NCBI RefSeq assembly: GCF_009914755.1
Contig: NC_060926.1
Direction: 5' to 3' (one strand)
Length of the DNA: 64,000 bases
Source: the human T2T-CHM13v2.0 reference genome, Homo sapiens
Shown in pieces: positions 40,576 through 55,598 of the stretch; the first letter of the stretch is position 1; each line of letters begins with the position of its first letter. The translations under genes and the position numbers were made by a program. Below the pieces are notes generated by a model. The model was given only the letters and a program-made list of their open reading frames with translations. It did no database searches and was not told where the DNA came from.

Positions 40576-41340
40576 TAGTGGGATGGAGTCAGCTTATCCC
40601 TATGCTCTTCTCTGCAGTCACATCTTACTACCTTGGCTGCTTCTGATTTACAAGTTGGCTATTCTCATTTTAACCATAGTTTTATGAGGTGGCTGCTATA
40701 GAATTATGCCTAGATTGTACTTTATTAAAGCAGTTGTTGTTGTTGTCAAGCACCAAATTCATTATATTTCGATTACATGGAATTCTGATTTTTTAGAAAG
40801 CCACAGAAAAGACTCCAGCCTACTAAACTCTTTATCGCTTCTAAGGTATCTGTAGGCCTGGAAAACTATTCCTTGGGGGATGGGAATGCTTATATAAATG
40901 TAGAGTTGTTTTACTGCCCCTGCAATTCAGATCGCTAGAGAGTATTCATCTGAAATAAAAGTAGGTTTGCTTAAGATAGATTTGAATCAATGATATAACT
41001 TGAAGTTATGCCAACAACCCCATTCTCTCACAGTATATGATGTGGCAGAGGGAAAAGTTGGTATGGGAAGAGGCAAAGGAATGCAAGAGCTTTGCATTAG
41101 CCAAATTTGGAAGCAAGCCAGGATCCATCCTGAGACCACGTAGTCAATCTGGGTTGTCAATCACTGTCTACCAGCCCAGGGCTACTTGATCAAGATCTTT
41201 GGAACTGGTGTGCTGGAACAAAGAGTAGCGAGGCATGCAAGGTTAAGAGCATGCTATATTCATAAAATAATATTTTAAAACCAAAGTTATCTTAGAATCA
41301 TGGGAAATATTTAAAGCAACCATCAACTCTTTGAAGATTA

Positions 41341-41654
<314 letters not shown>

Positions 41655-41788
41655 TAGATTACTTGCAGTTGTGTCTGATTTTCCCAGGGTCCCTTTGTAA
41701 TGTCAATTGTAAACTATTTTTTTTGTAAGTTTTGAGAATTCCTTTAGGTTAAAAGGATATTGTTTAATGAGCTTTGTGTGCATATTTA

Positions 41789-42135
<347 letters not shown>

Positions 42136-42229
42136 GTGTGTTTTTTTCCAAACTATTTCTGTGGAGGTCTAAAATATTTTTAAAGAAAGAATTAAGAAGC
42201 CTCAGAAGTCAATGAGAGATACTTTATTA

Positions 42230-42515
42230 AGAACCAGAGCTGATACCTTATGTCACATTAAGGGGACATTTTCCTTGATTTTCCCTGCCATCCCTCCCCA
42301 TGCCAGGCTGGGAGTGGTACTCTTTCTTTGTGTTCCCAGAGTATCCCATGAATGCCTAATCATAGTCATCGCTACCTGCTAATTCATATCTTTCCATGGC
42401 TTTCTGGAGGGCTGACACTGTGTCCTTGAGCTTAAAATTACCAGCAGTTTGCATGGGGGCTGACATGTAATAGCGGCTCCATATATGTTTATTGAATACC
42501 TAGAAGAATGAATTA
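42230..42515 (+). mobile_element. L2 3' fragment
   Basis: Ends GCTCCATATATGTTTATTGAAT...GAATGAAT. Confidence 0.6.
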
Positions 42516-43479
42516 GTTATTAAGATTTATATCTTATTCAGAACATTCTGGCAACCAAAGCAAAAAGAAAAATGTATTAGTTTCACTGTTTCCTATGCAT
42601 TTAAGTCTAAACAGAGCATTACTTCAGAAGTTACATTTTTCTCCCCTTGGTGCTAAGTGCCTGAAAGTATTTATCTGATGAAACAGTGAGTTTCATAAGA
42701 AGCATTATTTTCAATATTTCATAAGCTACCAGTGCCCTGGACTAAATGAAAGAATTACCGTGGCTTTTGGTAGAAGCTTACAGCCAGAGGCCAACTCCAG
42801 CATCCAGAGACTCCGAGTCTTCATTAGCTTCTTAGGAGATTCGCTGTTACAACGCCTCATTCCCAGATGGCAGTGGGTCACCAGCCATCTTATTTTATGC
42901 CACTGGATTTTATTTTCATGATTGCAACTCTCTAATAGATATTCTACTGAAAGATTTTACTGTGTTCATAGGCTGAAGCATTAAGTGAAGTGTGTGATTT
43001 AAGGAAAAACACCCAATAGAAAACAAATTGTAAGGGTGTTGCAGTTAGTTTAGAAGGATATGGCTCCTCCAAATTCTGCAGAGGCATTTGTCCTTGCTGA
43101 CTTATAAGCTTTGTGAGAAAATAATTATTTCGTGAAAAAAATGTGAATACTGGTCAAAGTAAGCTAATGAATATTGGCCTAATTAAAAAATGTTTTTAGG
43201 CAGCTTATTCTATGAAGAGGGAACAGTGCTAAGGAGTACAAAGATGTAGTTGCTGAAGGAAAGAAGATTGATTGGTTTTTGCTCTGTATATATGGGCCAA
43301 GATAGAGAAAGAGGACAGAGAGGAAAATTAAAAATCCTTTGATCCAGCAACAATAATTCTTCATTTAAATGTTTTGGATGGATGCATTTCCTTTTAAGTT
43401 GGATAATAAATTAGTAGAGAAAGGCAATGAGTAGTTGTGTTCTGAATCCCAAGGCAGTCTAAGGAGAGTGAAGGCAGCA

Positions 43480-43690
43480 GACATTTATTGAGCATCTGCT
43501 ATTTTCTAGGCATTGTGTAAAGGACTTTAGGTATTGTTTTTCTTTGAACTCTTATAGTAATCCTGTGAGTCAAAGAGGGGGAACTGGATGAGTGAGGTTA
43601 ATTAAATTGTTAAGATCATGCAGTTAGTGTATATATCAAAGCCCTGATTGAATCCACTTAAGTGTGTTCCAAAGCTCAGGCTGTTATTAT
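43480..43690 (-). mobile_element. MIR SINE
   Basis: ACATTTATTGAGCATCTGCTAT...GAGGTTAATTAAATTGTTAAGATCATGCAGTTAGT. Confidence 0.7.
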
Positions 43691-44931
43691 TTTATTTTTA
43701 AGATACTCCAGTGGTTTCCCATTTACAAGTAAGGGACCCACAGGAGCTTCAGAGAGATTGCAAAGGGTTCATTTAAGGGTATATCTGGCTTATCTATGCA
43801 TAAGAAAATATGTGTCTCTGAAATTATATGTACATCTCTATTTCAAAAACATGTAGGCATTTCAAAATTTACCAATTAAAATTTTATTCAAAAACATTTT
43901 GTCTGGAATATAAATTCAACAAGAGCAGAGATTTTTGTATATTTTATGTGATACAACTCATGTGCTTAGAACCATGCTCAGCATAGCAGATGCTCAATAA
44001 ATATTTGTGCATACAAGAGTGAAACAATCGTTATAGTTCTTTAAATATGCCAGGGCTTATTTAATCAAATTTTTGTTAGTAGACATTTAGATTGTTTTCA
44101 TTTTTTCTTTCATAAACAACACATCTGTACTATAAATAAGTCTCTATACATATAACTTTGCACCTTACAAATAAATATTCTATTATTTCATTATAATAGA
44201 TTGCTGGAAGTAAACTTGCTGGGTCAAAGGAATACATATTTTAAATTTTAATACAATCTTTCTGGGGCAATTTGGTATGATGTATCAATGCCATTACCTG
44301 TAGTGCCATATAAAATTATCTGTTTCACATCCACCTGGCTGACATTAGGAGTTAATCTTTTCACTCTTTATAAAGTATCATTAAATTCCAAGATTCAGAA
44401 GGCTTATTGCTTCCTCCAAGTTTCTATTTATCCTTCTTATAAGCTGGAGTAATATCCTGTGGCTTCTTTCCTCCTGAGTTGAAGGAGTTTGTGTGATGAC
44501 ATTTTTCAATGAAATTACTTTTTTAAAAAACACAAATTATGTTCTCTTTTCTACTCTCTGAACTCCTGTTTGAATATATGGATTCAGACTCTTGTCATTG
44601 GTAAATATGAACCTAGGGAGGGAAAGGAAGTCTGGAATTAGTTGCACATTATTAGCAGGTGGAATCTGACCACTTGCTGAGAAACAATTTATGTATTGCT
44701 GTACTCCATGTGATTTCTTGTTCCAGGCCCAACCAGTTTGAATGAATGTGACTCCATAGTATGTTCATGTTGGCTGTTAAAGATGTAGAGAAGGAGCTAC
44801 TGACTTTTATCTTTGCCACATAAGCAGGTGCAGATGTGGATGGGAAAATCCATGTGTGACCAACAGATCTTTCCACCTAGCAAATAAAGAAAAGAGCACT
44901 GGCCTTTTGCATGGGTTTTCAGCAGAGGAGG

Positions 44932-45238
<307 letters not shown>

Positions 45239-46089
45239 ATCAGCAGAGGACTTTAAGAACACACAGAAGCATATGTTCAACATTCTCCAAAACAATTTTG
45301 GCAGTGTTATATTTTCTAAAGTAATGTTCTCTTCTGTCTTATGCACATGAAAACTACGTGAACTGGTATATTCCTCTTGCTGTTTACTAGGAAGTTCAGA
45401 ACCAAATGTAAATCTTAATAACTCATTCATTCATTTATTCAATGAGGATACATGGAAACCCTGTGACATGTAGCACCGTGAAGTGCTGGCAGTCCTGAAC
45501 TCAAGGCCACAGTGTCAGCCTTCCAGCAAGGTGGTTCGAGTTCCAACTCGGGAAGGAATGGTTTATTGCCTCCTGGAGCCCCTATGCTTTGGATGCTTGC
45601 CCTGGAAGGGGAGAGCATGGCTTTTCCATGAAACATAACCCGTTCTCCACTCAGCTTATTAGCAATAGAAAGGGGGCAGCTCATATTCCTCTCAGGTGTC
45701 GTCAAAGGCTGCTGTTGTCCAAGGGTGAAGGCCCCTTGGTAGCTTGATTAGCACACAGCTTGGCCTGTGCTGATTTTCAGATGGAGACCATCAGATATAA
45801 TCTGCCGCTTCATTAGGTTGACACTCTTCCTGCCCCCTCTTGTAATAATGTCACCAGAGCACTTAATAATTTTAGGTAAAGGCTGTAAGCATACACTTCA
45901 GAGGCAACCTAGGGTCGGCGGTGACAGATGCTAGCAAGGCAAATCTTTTCTCATTCCTCATTTAAACAGCAAGGCACTGTTTAAAATATAACAAGCAAAG
46001 AGGTATCATAATGGGGAAAGTTTAAGTATTAGAGGAGCAGAACTTACAGCAACATAACTACTTTAAAACAAATATCTTATTCAAATTTG

Positions 46090-46330
46090 CCGTGTTTCAA
46101 GATCAAGGGGGCCATGAAATAAATTGGATGATTATTACAGACTTAAAGAAGAGAACTTGTTTATCTTAGAGAAGAGAAGGCAGAGAGAGGCCCTTAAGTA
46201 TTTGAAGATAGGTAATATGGACATAGTTGTGAACTCCTCTCCATTTCCCATGAAAATTAGAGACATATGTCTTACATTTGTTCAAGAAGGAATTAGGTTA
46301 GACTATAAGAAGAACTTTCTAGGGACTGGA
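46090..46330 (+). mobile_element. CR1/L3 LINE fragment
   Basis: TTGTTTATCTTAGAGAAGAGAAGGC...AAGTATTTGAAG...TTAGGTTAGACTATAAGAAGAACTTTCT. Confidence 0.75.
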
Positions 46331-47349
46331 AAAGCCCATGGGTGGGAAGAAAAGAAGACTCACCTCTTTTTAAAATTTCTTGCTTCCTTCCTTTTTTGTT
46401 GTTGTGTGGGGGTGGATTTTTTTTTCTTTACTGGAACTGAATTCCAGAAGTAATTTATTGGCCTGACACCAGGCTGTGTATAAATTCACAAACGTATATA
46501 ACCTGCTCCCAGAGGACCATGTGCATGTGGGAGGGATTGGACAGATTGTTCTATATTTCCTGGGTGACAGGCTGTGGTGGGAAAGGGCTGGGGACCCTGA
46601 GTGTTTGGCTTGTAGCCTACACCTAACACCAGCTTTTCTTGGTCAGTGCTGGTGATGCCAAGGCAACGAGCGAGCTTGTGGTTCAGCGCTTTGCATGATG
46701 TGGGGCTCCCTTAAAGAACCAAAGTGTGGGGAGAGTGCCTTCAGGGCAGGGCTGCTGGGAAGTGGCAGGGCGAGGAGGCTTCCTTCTGTCCCCATGATTC
46801 CCTCACATAGGGTAGTGCTAAGCGAGGTCCAGAGAAGGTAAATGGGAGAAGTCTCATAAAGAGTTGAACTTGTAGGAATCAGGGGTGCCCGTTCAGCATG
46901 GCAATTGAATCCTTGATCCTCAGGGAGTTAGCTAGATCCGACTCACACCTGCTGGACCATGAGAGCCAATGTCCCTCCCACACTCTTAGATTCAAATAAT
47001 TTCTTTAAGCTCATTGTTGCATTTAGAATGCCAGTACTTTTGTAGCATTGGTGTTGTATTCCCCACACTGGCTGAAAGAAGGTTTTCCCTCACTTTTATG
47101 ATTGGGTCACCAAGGAAATAAATGCCTGGTGAATTTCCACAAAATCCAGCATCGTGGCATAAATTCTTTCTCTTCATCTTGAATTTTCTTTCTCCAGAGA
47201 GAAAACTTTTCTCCATTTGTCCCATCTTTGATCGTTCGTTAGGCATAAAAGGAGAGAGGAAGCTGCAGTTTGCAAAAATAAACACTTTAGAAGGGATTTG
47301 GCCAAAACATAAAACAATGTTTACATTTCCCATCTGCAAATTTTATGAT

Positions 47350-47755
47350 AGAGGCACATATTTATTTGGTGCCTACTGTGTGCTATAGGTACTGATAGAT
47401 AACAGTAAATAAAGTCCCTGTTCTCATGGAACTTACCTTCTAATGTGAGAGGCCAACAAAAATCATCAGGTGGTGGTAAGTGATGAAAAAAGCACTAAAA
47501 CCAGGTAAGAAAATAGAGATTGATAGGGTAGAATATTCTTTAGATAACCTGGTCAGGGCAGGCTTTTGTGACTAAGTGACGTTTGGGCAGAGAGCTGAGT
47601 GAATGCAGGGAGTAAGCCATGTGACTGTCTGGGGCAGAGCATTCCAGGAAATGGGAACCATGCGTGCAAAGTCCTGAGGCAGGGCCACAATTGTACTTGG
47701 TGCATCCGCGTGGAGTACAGGGGGGAGAGAAATCAGGGAGGTAGCCTGATTTAAA
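47350..47755 (-). mobile_element. L2 fragment
   Basis: CATATTTATTTGGTGCCTACTGTGTG...CCCTGTTCTCATGGAACTTAC...GGGCAGAGCATTCCAGG. Confidence 0.85.
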
Positions 47756-48084
47756 GTTGTTTGGTGTGTCTTTTCATCTTCTGTATTTTTTGTATATTTT
47801 CTATCATTTTGTTCTGTTATTCTGGAAATGTCGTTAGGAATTACATAGCAATGAATCAGATTTGTAAAGCCATTCAACATTTTGCATTCCAAGTGAATTT
47901 AATGGGTCCATAGTTTCTGAATTACTGATATATTGAATTTTTTCTGCCTTGTTATTTTGTATTTGTTATATGAAATCTTTCTTACTTTTTTTCTTTTTAT
48001 TTACTATTAAAAAAATTCCAACCTCCTGTTGGATTATCAAGTTTTCTCTTATTCTTCTTTTACCCCCTGTACCTAATTGGAAGC

Positions 48085-48330
48085 TGTATTAATTTTAATT
48101 TCCCAGGGCAACTATAACAAAGTAATACAAGCCGGATGGCTCAGAACAACAGAAATTTATTGTCTCATAGTCCTGGAGGTTAGAAGTCTGAAATCAAGGT
48201 GTCAGCAAGGCCATGCTTCCTCTAAGATCTGTAGAGAAATCTTTCTTCTCCTCTTTCAAGCTTCTGGTGGCTTGCTTGCAGTCTTTGGTGTTCCCTGGTT
48301 TGCAGCTGCATAACTCGAGTCTTGTCTGCA
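48085..48330 (-). mobile_element. MLT1C-like LTR fragment
   Basis: AACAACAGAAATTTATTGTCTCATAGTCCTGGAGGTTAGAAGTCTGAAATCAAGGTGTCAGCA. Confidence 0.85.
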
Positions 48331-48454
48331 CAGTGAGTTAGTAGCTGCTGGAGAGAAAATAGTACTAATTTGGAATTCTCACACCTGTACGGTTATAATA
48401 GTTAACTGATAACATCGAGACTTGGTCTGCTATCATTTACCTTATGGATTCCTG

Positions 48455-48640
48455 TATATGCAACCCTGCCCATGCTGCATATTAGAAACTTCTGCTCAGC
48501 TTTTAAAAAATACTGGTGTTCTGGCCAACTTCACTTAAGACCAGTTAAATTCGAATCTTGGTTGGCGTGGCTCTGGCCATTGGCGTTTATTAAAAGCTCC
48601 CCGGGTGACTTCATCACCCAGCCAGGATGCAGACCCATCG
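48455..48640. mobile_element. MER5-type hAT-Charlie MITE
   Basis: GCTGCATATTAGAA...AGACCAGTTAAATTCGAATC...AAAAGCTCCCCGGGTGAC..CAGCCAGG. Confidence 0.65.
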
Positions 48641-49065
48641 TGGGGAGACAATCTGGACAAATGTGTATTGAGCACTGGCTGAGTGCAGCCAGCCCTGCAC
48701 TGGGCTTGGGAGGTGCACCCGAAGAAGACCCATGGAGCACCCATCTTGCTTTTTCCAGGAATGGGGTCCTGTAGCATTTATTGAGGGTCTTACACCAGGG
48801 GCTCAGTTAATATTTGTTAATTGGTTGATTGAATTGCAGATCACTGATAAGGGGCCTGGGATACGAGTGAAAGAAGTGTTGAGTGAGAAGGGAATTGGAG
48901 AGTGCCAGCCAAGTATTAAATTAGGGGAACAGGACAGGAGATACTGCATCCTTAAAATGCAAACTTTGTTTTTGCCACTTTCTTTTGTGTGTGTTGTACA
49001 TAATGCTTATCAACCTCTCCCCCCATAGACAACTTTTTCTTATCTCCTGTCTTTAAAAAAAAAAG

Positions 49066-49191
49066 TTTTAATTTTAGAGACAGGGTCTCACTATTTTGCC
49101 CAGGCTGGCCTTGAACTCCTGGTCTCAAGTGATCCTCCCATCTTAGCCCCGTGAGCAGCTGGGACTACAAGTGCATGCCACTACGCCCGGT
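49066..49191 (-). mobile_element. Alu monomer (FLAM-like)
   Basis: Single ~125 bp arm AGAGACAGGGTCTCAC...CCACTACGCCCGG. Confidence 0.85.
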
Positions 49192-49294
49192 TTCCTGCCC
49201 TCTTGAACTAAGTATTTTTTTAATCGACTTTTTCCTTCTTCACCTGATTACAAGCTACGTATCTTAATTGTATTCTTTAGGGAGTAACCTTCGT

Positions 49295-49555
49295 TTTAGA
49301 AATTAATAAACTTTTACTTTAGAATAGTTATAGATATATGGAGAAGTTGAAAAGATAGTACAAAGAGTTCACATATACCCCACACTCAGTTTCTGCTATT
49401 ATTCACATCTTACATCAGTTTGGCACATTTTTTACAATTAATGAGGCAATAATGATACATTATTATTAGTTAACATGCATAATCATTCAGATTTCCTTAG
49501 TTCTTTTCCTTTTGTCCATTATCTCTCCCACTATCCCATCTATGATATTACATGT
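49295..49555 (-). mobile_element. L1MC-type 3' fragment
   Basis: AAGTTGAAAAGATAGTACAAAGAGTTC...AATAATGATACATTATTATTA...TTCAGATTTCCTTAG. Confidence 0.75.
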
Positions 49556-50752
49556 ATGCACTACACTTTCAAAAATATGCATAAATCCATTTATTTCCCA
49601 GCAAAGTTTAACTTAACTGGCAGCTTTCTATTTGTATAAGATGAGACCATTAACACACTCTAATTCCCCTTTGTTTTTCCATCTCAACTTCTTGGCTCCT
49701 TGTATGTAAATTTTGGTTCCAACTTTTTTTTTTTTAGGACAATGAGTTTATGATCTGGGCAGGGACCTTCGGTGAGAAATGGCAGTTCTTCTTGGTCTTC
49801 CTATGCTGAGGATGTGAGAGAAAACTACAAGACTACGCCATGTTTTTACTATACCGTTTGAAAAGTTTAGAAATTTGTGTTCTAACATTGCAACATGTGA
49901 CGCAAAAAAAAAAAAAAAATCACACCACCATCACCCTAAAACAATGACAAGGGAAATTAGCTATGGGTGACAATAACTTGTCTTATCAATCTCAGCAGAT
50001 CTCTCCTTCCAATTGTCTCTTCTGAGGAGCATAAAGACAGAATCATCACGAGATGCAGTAAATAACCCCCACAGAGTTTAATTGTTTTTAAATTGCAATT
50101 ATAACTAATTAAATGCTAAGATGTGAACAGCTGCACAAGAATATTTAACAGATTTCTTGGCATCATCCCCACTTTTAATATTACTTTTAAAAGGCTAGCT
50201 ATGGAAATAAGTAGTGAGTGGTTATTTTATGCTTTTCACATCAGAAACTGAAAAAACAACCTGAAAGTTGGCAAAGAAAGGATTCTGTGGTTTTTCTAAG
50301 TCTCTCAAGCCAGTGGACAGCCACGGCACTCAGCATAATTGGGTAAGTGTGGTCAGCAAGTCCTGAGAGATGAGATGAGATCAGTTCAAACTGCATGATA
50401 AGGGAGGTCTTTGTGGCGGATTCTTTCATCTAACATACATATATTAAGCTTTGACTGTGTACTTATCACTGTGTTAGAACTGGGGTCCCAGGGCAAAATA
50501 AATGATGACTTCTGCCTCAGAGGAGCTTATAGTATGATGGTGGAGATGGTCTGGTTCATCAGTGGCTTCAGCTTAATGCAGAGGATGGCAAACTATGGCC
50601 TGAAGCCAGCCTGCCAGTTTCTGTATGGCCTACAAGCTCAGAATGATTTGTATGAAGAAAAAAGAAAACAAGAATGGGGGTGGGGTCTTTGGGCACTGAC
50701 TTTTTTTGGCATTTCTGTCCAAAGTAGAGCCTCTATCTGGCCCTTTAGATGA

Positions 50753-51100
<348 letters not shown>

Positions 51101-51364
51101 TAAGAATCACAGCATACTCATGAGGCTAGGACAGCAAAATCTTACTGGGGAAATCAGAGAAGTCACCCCCAGAAGAGGAGATACTATAGGAACAAACATT
51201 TAATGGCTTTTCCACTTGACATGCCTTCAAATACAGCAAATTTCACATCTTCCACCCCTGATTTGTATTGAATTTGTTCTTTCCACTGTTCCCTATGAAA
51301 CGTGGTGTCAACTGCTCTACTTGTTACTGCCCATTGATTGTGTTCCTTACTATGAAATCTACGG

Positions 51365-51505
51365 ATGGGGCTTCAGAGGTCCTGAGAACCCCCTAAACTG
51401 AGAGTGTACAGATTCATATGTGCATATTTTTTCTGGGAAGAGGGGTTCATAGCCTCGCTCAGATTCTTTAAGTGGTCCGTCATTTGAAAATGTTGAGAAA
51501 CACAG
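51365..51505 (+). mobile_element. MER103-like hAT-Charlie fragment
   Basis: TATGTGCATATTTTTTCTGGGAAGAGGGGTTCATAGC...CAGATTC...GTTGAGAAACACAG. Confidence 0.6.
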
Positions 51506-52439
51506 TTTTAAATTAGGCTTCTTGGAATTAAAATCAGTACCACTGATGGTGGGTTCTGACTAGAGCAGATTCAAGCAGAGGGATTATGAGTTTCCTTCTG
51601 TTAGTCCAGGTCAAATTTCCAATAGCTTCATCCATTCACAGCATATTTAGAGAGAAACCCTTCTCAAACTACTGGATTGTGTGCTTGGACGATACATGCA
51701 GTTGCGCTCTTGAGGGGACCTGGGATATTAGAGGATATTTGCCTGGATGCTCAAGAGAGCAGAGTCTGAGAAAAAGATTAAGATACTAACAATTTACTTG
51801 GAAGACACAAGCCCGGGTGCGAGAGTGAGGGAAAACAGAAGTGAGACACAGGGGAAGATACGGTGAACACACTGGGATGCTTTATTGTGCTGACTGATGC
51901 CTTCCGGCAAGCCTGAAGAAACACATCTGTCTCTTCTGCAACTAATGCAGGAGGGTCACAAGGAAGGGCCACATGTTGAAACAGCCCATAGAAGAGAGAA
52001 AGAGGGGGTGGATGGATCTGCCAGCCTCCCTCCCTTCTCCCTTTTAACATCAGCAAAATTTTGTCCTATGAGCAGCTAATACTACTTCACTTGAAGTTGG
52101 CATCCTCCACCCCTCAGAGACTTCTCAGGAAGCTCTGTGGTGTGGTATTCTGGTCAATGCAAAACAGAGTGGTGACCCAGTGAAAGTGAGGGTGCCAGTC
52201 AAAAGAAAGAGAAATAAAAGCAATGCTTTAAGGAATCTGGGAAGGTGCACAAGGTTTGTTCCTCCTAGTAGGGGAGGCAGCAGACCTCTGAAGAAACAAC
52301 AGGCAACAGTTGGGAGAAAGGAACTTCTGGGCAGAGGAAACATGTGACCGGAGGTGAAAACTGGAGAAGATAAGGTGTGCAAACTAGGGCAGGGAAGAAG
52401 ACAGTTCTGCTGAGACAGTGTGTTCATGCCTCCATCTGC

Positions 52440-52980
52440 ATGTCCATCTGATATTCATTAAGCTTCTATTCTGTGCCAATGACAATATGAGTGAACAAAA
52501 ACAGAAATGGTCCTACCCTCGCAGAGCTTACAGTGCAAGAGACAGATATTAATCATGTAATTATACAAGCACGTGCAAAATTGCAATGACGTGGCGTGCT
52601 CATGGGGGAATGAAGAGTGGACTGTTCTGTGAACCTTTATTAGGTGGAGTTAATCATGGTGAGAGAGGCCAGGCTCTCCAGGCTGAGTGGTGCATGAACT
52701 GAGATAGAAAGGAAGACTAAGAGTTAATAGCAAGTGAAAGGGAGGAAGGGGCACTGTAGGGGGGGATGCCATATCCAGAGGCTCTGTGGAAGGATGGAGC
52801 ATGGCAAATACGAACCTCAGAAAGAAGACCGTGTGGCCAGAGCCAACAGAGGATGAGGGAGAATGGCAGGATGGGAGGTAGGCAGCAGGGCTGGGTCACG
52901 CCAGGCTGTGTGAAAGGAGTTTGCATTTGTCTGAGGAGCAGTGGGAGCCTTGGGATGCATTTATGTAGATAAGTATTATA
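52440..52980 (-). mobile_element. L2 fragment
   Basis: GTGAACAAAAACAGAAATGGTCCTACCCTCGCAGAGCTTACAGT...GAGCAGTGGGAGCC. Confidence 0.8.
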
Positions 52981-53855
52981 ATCAGGTTAGGGGTCATTTG
53001 GGAAGGCCCAGTAAAGAGAACCCCTAGATATTAAAGACCCTCTCAGTTTAGACAGTCTTGGCCGAATTATGGCTATTGGGGGCCACTCCTCAGAGACCCC
53101 AAATATTAACAACCCCAAGGATGTGTGAAGGAAAAGCAACTCCAGGAGAATTCCGATAGTAACAAACAATAGGCACTGGAGACTTTAGGGGCTGGTAGCT
53201 GTGGGATTAGAAGACCCTTGCGCTTACCTGCCGGAACATATTTCAAACACTGTAGAATCTTCTACAAATTTTATTATTTTTTATTTCTTCACAACACTGT
53301 CAGGGCACAAGAAACTCGAGGTGCACACATGGAAAGTCTAGAATTGAATCACGAATACGGGTGCCCTCCTGAGGCCTCATCCCTCCAGTGGGATTGCTGG
53401 GGATGGTCAGGTGAAGGGCTCCTCCCACACAGTCTAAGACTCCAGGGCGGAGAAGCACAACCCCAGCTTCTCAGCGGTTCCCAGAGCGTTGACTCAGATT
53501 CTCTTTGAGCCTTGCTTTGCCCAAGGCCCTGATGCCTACTCTGCTTCCAGGAGGCTTGGGGGTAGTTGTGTGGCCTCAAACTCTACGTGTTCAAAAGAAA
53601 ACAAAAAACGAAGCAGAAATCCATGGTGAAGCAATTTGAGGAGGAAGAGCTATTATCAATCCAACTACTAATTTACCTTTAACTTGTGATAAAGAGGGTA
53701 ACCCAAGTCATTAATCCAGAGGAGGGTATCTCCGAAGGACAGGCTTTTCTGCCTCTTGAAAAGCTTTGAAAGGAATTTAAATGAATTCTTATCTGATAAG
53801 GATTTATTTGTGTATTGTGACTACCTCCAGTCAGATCATACTGTGTGATGCTTTG

Positions 53856-54229
<374 letters not shown>

Positions 54230-54280
54230 TGAGTAGGGCAGGCTTGGCTGATTGGCTGATTGCAAATTTATGCACATGGG

Positions 54281-54282
<2 letters not shown>

Positions 54283-54316
<34 letters not shown>
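54283..54316. repeat. (TG)17 microsatellite
   Basis: Perfect dinucleotide run. Confidence 0.97.
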
Positions 54317-54320
<4 letters not shown>

Positions 54321-54599
54321 GTCAGAGATGATGGTAGTCATGTGTTCTGAGCTATGGGTAGTTTCCATTCTTCTTCTGTTTTCAGGATATTTCAAGATGG
54401 CTGTAGGAACAAGTTTCTCTTGACCCATTTGCCTGTCAATTCAGTACACAATCAGGCAAAGGAAATATCTCTATGCAATATTCCAGTGCCTCCTGTTCTA
54501 TGGAATGCCCTGCATTTTCCTTTCTGAATTGAGCAGCTGCATGTGAAAATTGATTTAACATGTCAAATCTTGGATATTTCTTCTAAAAGCTTTTAGGTG

Positions 54600-54800
54600 A
54601 ACCCTTGCTTAGTAATTCTAAACTGTGTTACATCTTCCCAGGGAAAAGAAATGCAGGACTTCACAGTTGGATTTGGACAAATTGGAGGCTTTTAGGAAAG
54701 TCATAAAAGTGATTAAGGGCTGGAGGGAGTGACTGACAAGAGATTAAAGGAGTGAAATTCGGATCTTTGCCAAACTACAGATGTTGGGGGAGCAGAGGGC
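54600..54800 (+). mobile_element. CR1/L3-like fragment
   Basis: GGACAAATTGGAGG...AAAAGTGATTAAGGGCTGGAGGG...AGATTAAAGGAG. Confidence 0.55.
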
Positions 54801-55519
54801 AAAACACTTAGAAGATGATAAAATGCTGGGGAAGGAAGAGGGGCTGTTTCAAGGCTCTTAACCTCTTTTTGGCTCATGGACCTTTTGCAAATTCATAGTA
54901 GCTCTGAACCATCTCCTTAGAGGGATGTCCAGGCTCATACATTTTTGGCCTGTCTCTTTTCTCACTCTAGTTTCCAGACGTGTGGTGTTATCACGTAAGT
55001 CAGAAATGGCCAGCCCTTTTGCTTTTTCAGTAGAAGTTAGAAATATAGACTTTAGTGTGAATTTTTCCATTTAAAAAACTGTGCTGGCCAAATTAAACCC
55101 CTCTCTGTGCCCTCTAGATTGCCAGTTTGCCTCCTCTTGTTGAGGGCAGTGCTGAGGAAGGCTGGATGCAATGGCTCACAGGTGTGACACGAGTGCTTGG
55201 CTGACTGCAAAGAGTAGGATTATGGGACAGTGGACGAACAAGTGTTTTACAGACTTCTACAGCCTGCAGTCTTATTGAGCAAACAGTAGCTGCAACACTG
55301 AATCAAATACATACCTGGAAATGATGCTAAGTGCTGTGAAGAGGTGGTGAGTGCTGTGTACAAGGGAGAGTACCCAGGGAACTAACCGAAGCAGAAGGGG
55401 GCATGGAAAGACCTCTAAGAAAGCAGCTAACCTGAAACCTGAAGGATACATTGACAAGGGGTGCGGGGAGGAAGAACATTCCAGGCATTTGGAGTTACGC
55501 AAGAATGACCAGAGTTCTA

Positions 55520-55598
55520 TTAGGTTGATGAAAAAATAATTGCAGTTTTCACCATTAAAAGTAATGGCAAAACTGCAATTACTTTTGCACCAACCTAA
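55520..55598. mobile_element. MADE1 (Hsmar1 mariner MITE)
   Basis: TTAGGTTGATGAAAAAATAATTGC...GCAATTACTTTTGCACCAACCTAA, ~80 bp palindrome with TA TSD. Confidence 0.95.

Noticed and set aside
46124-46453. 109 aa ORF (RLKEENLFILEKRR)
   Set aside because: Remnant of the CR1/L3 ORF2 C-terminus
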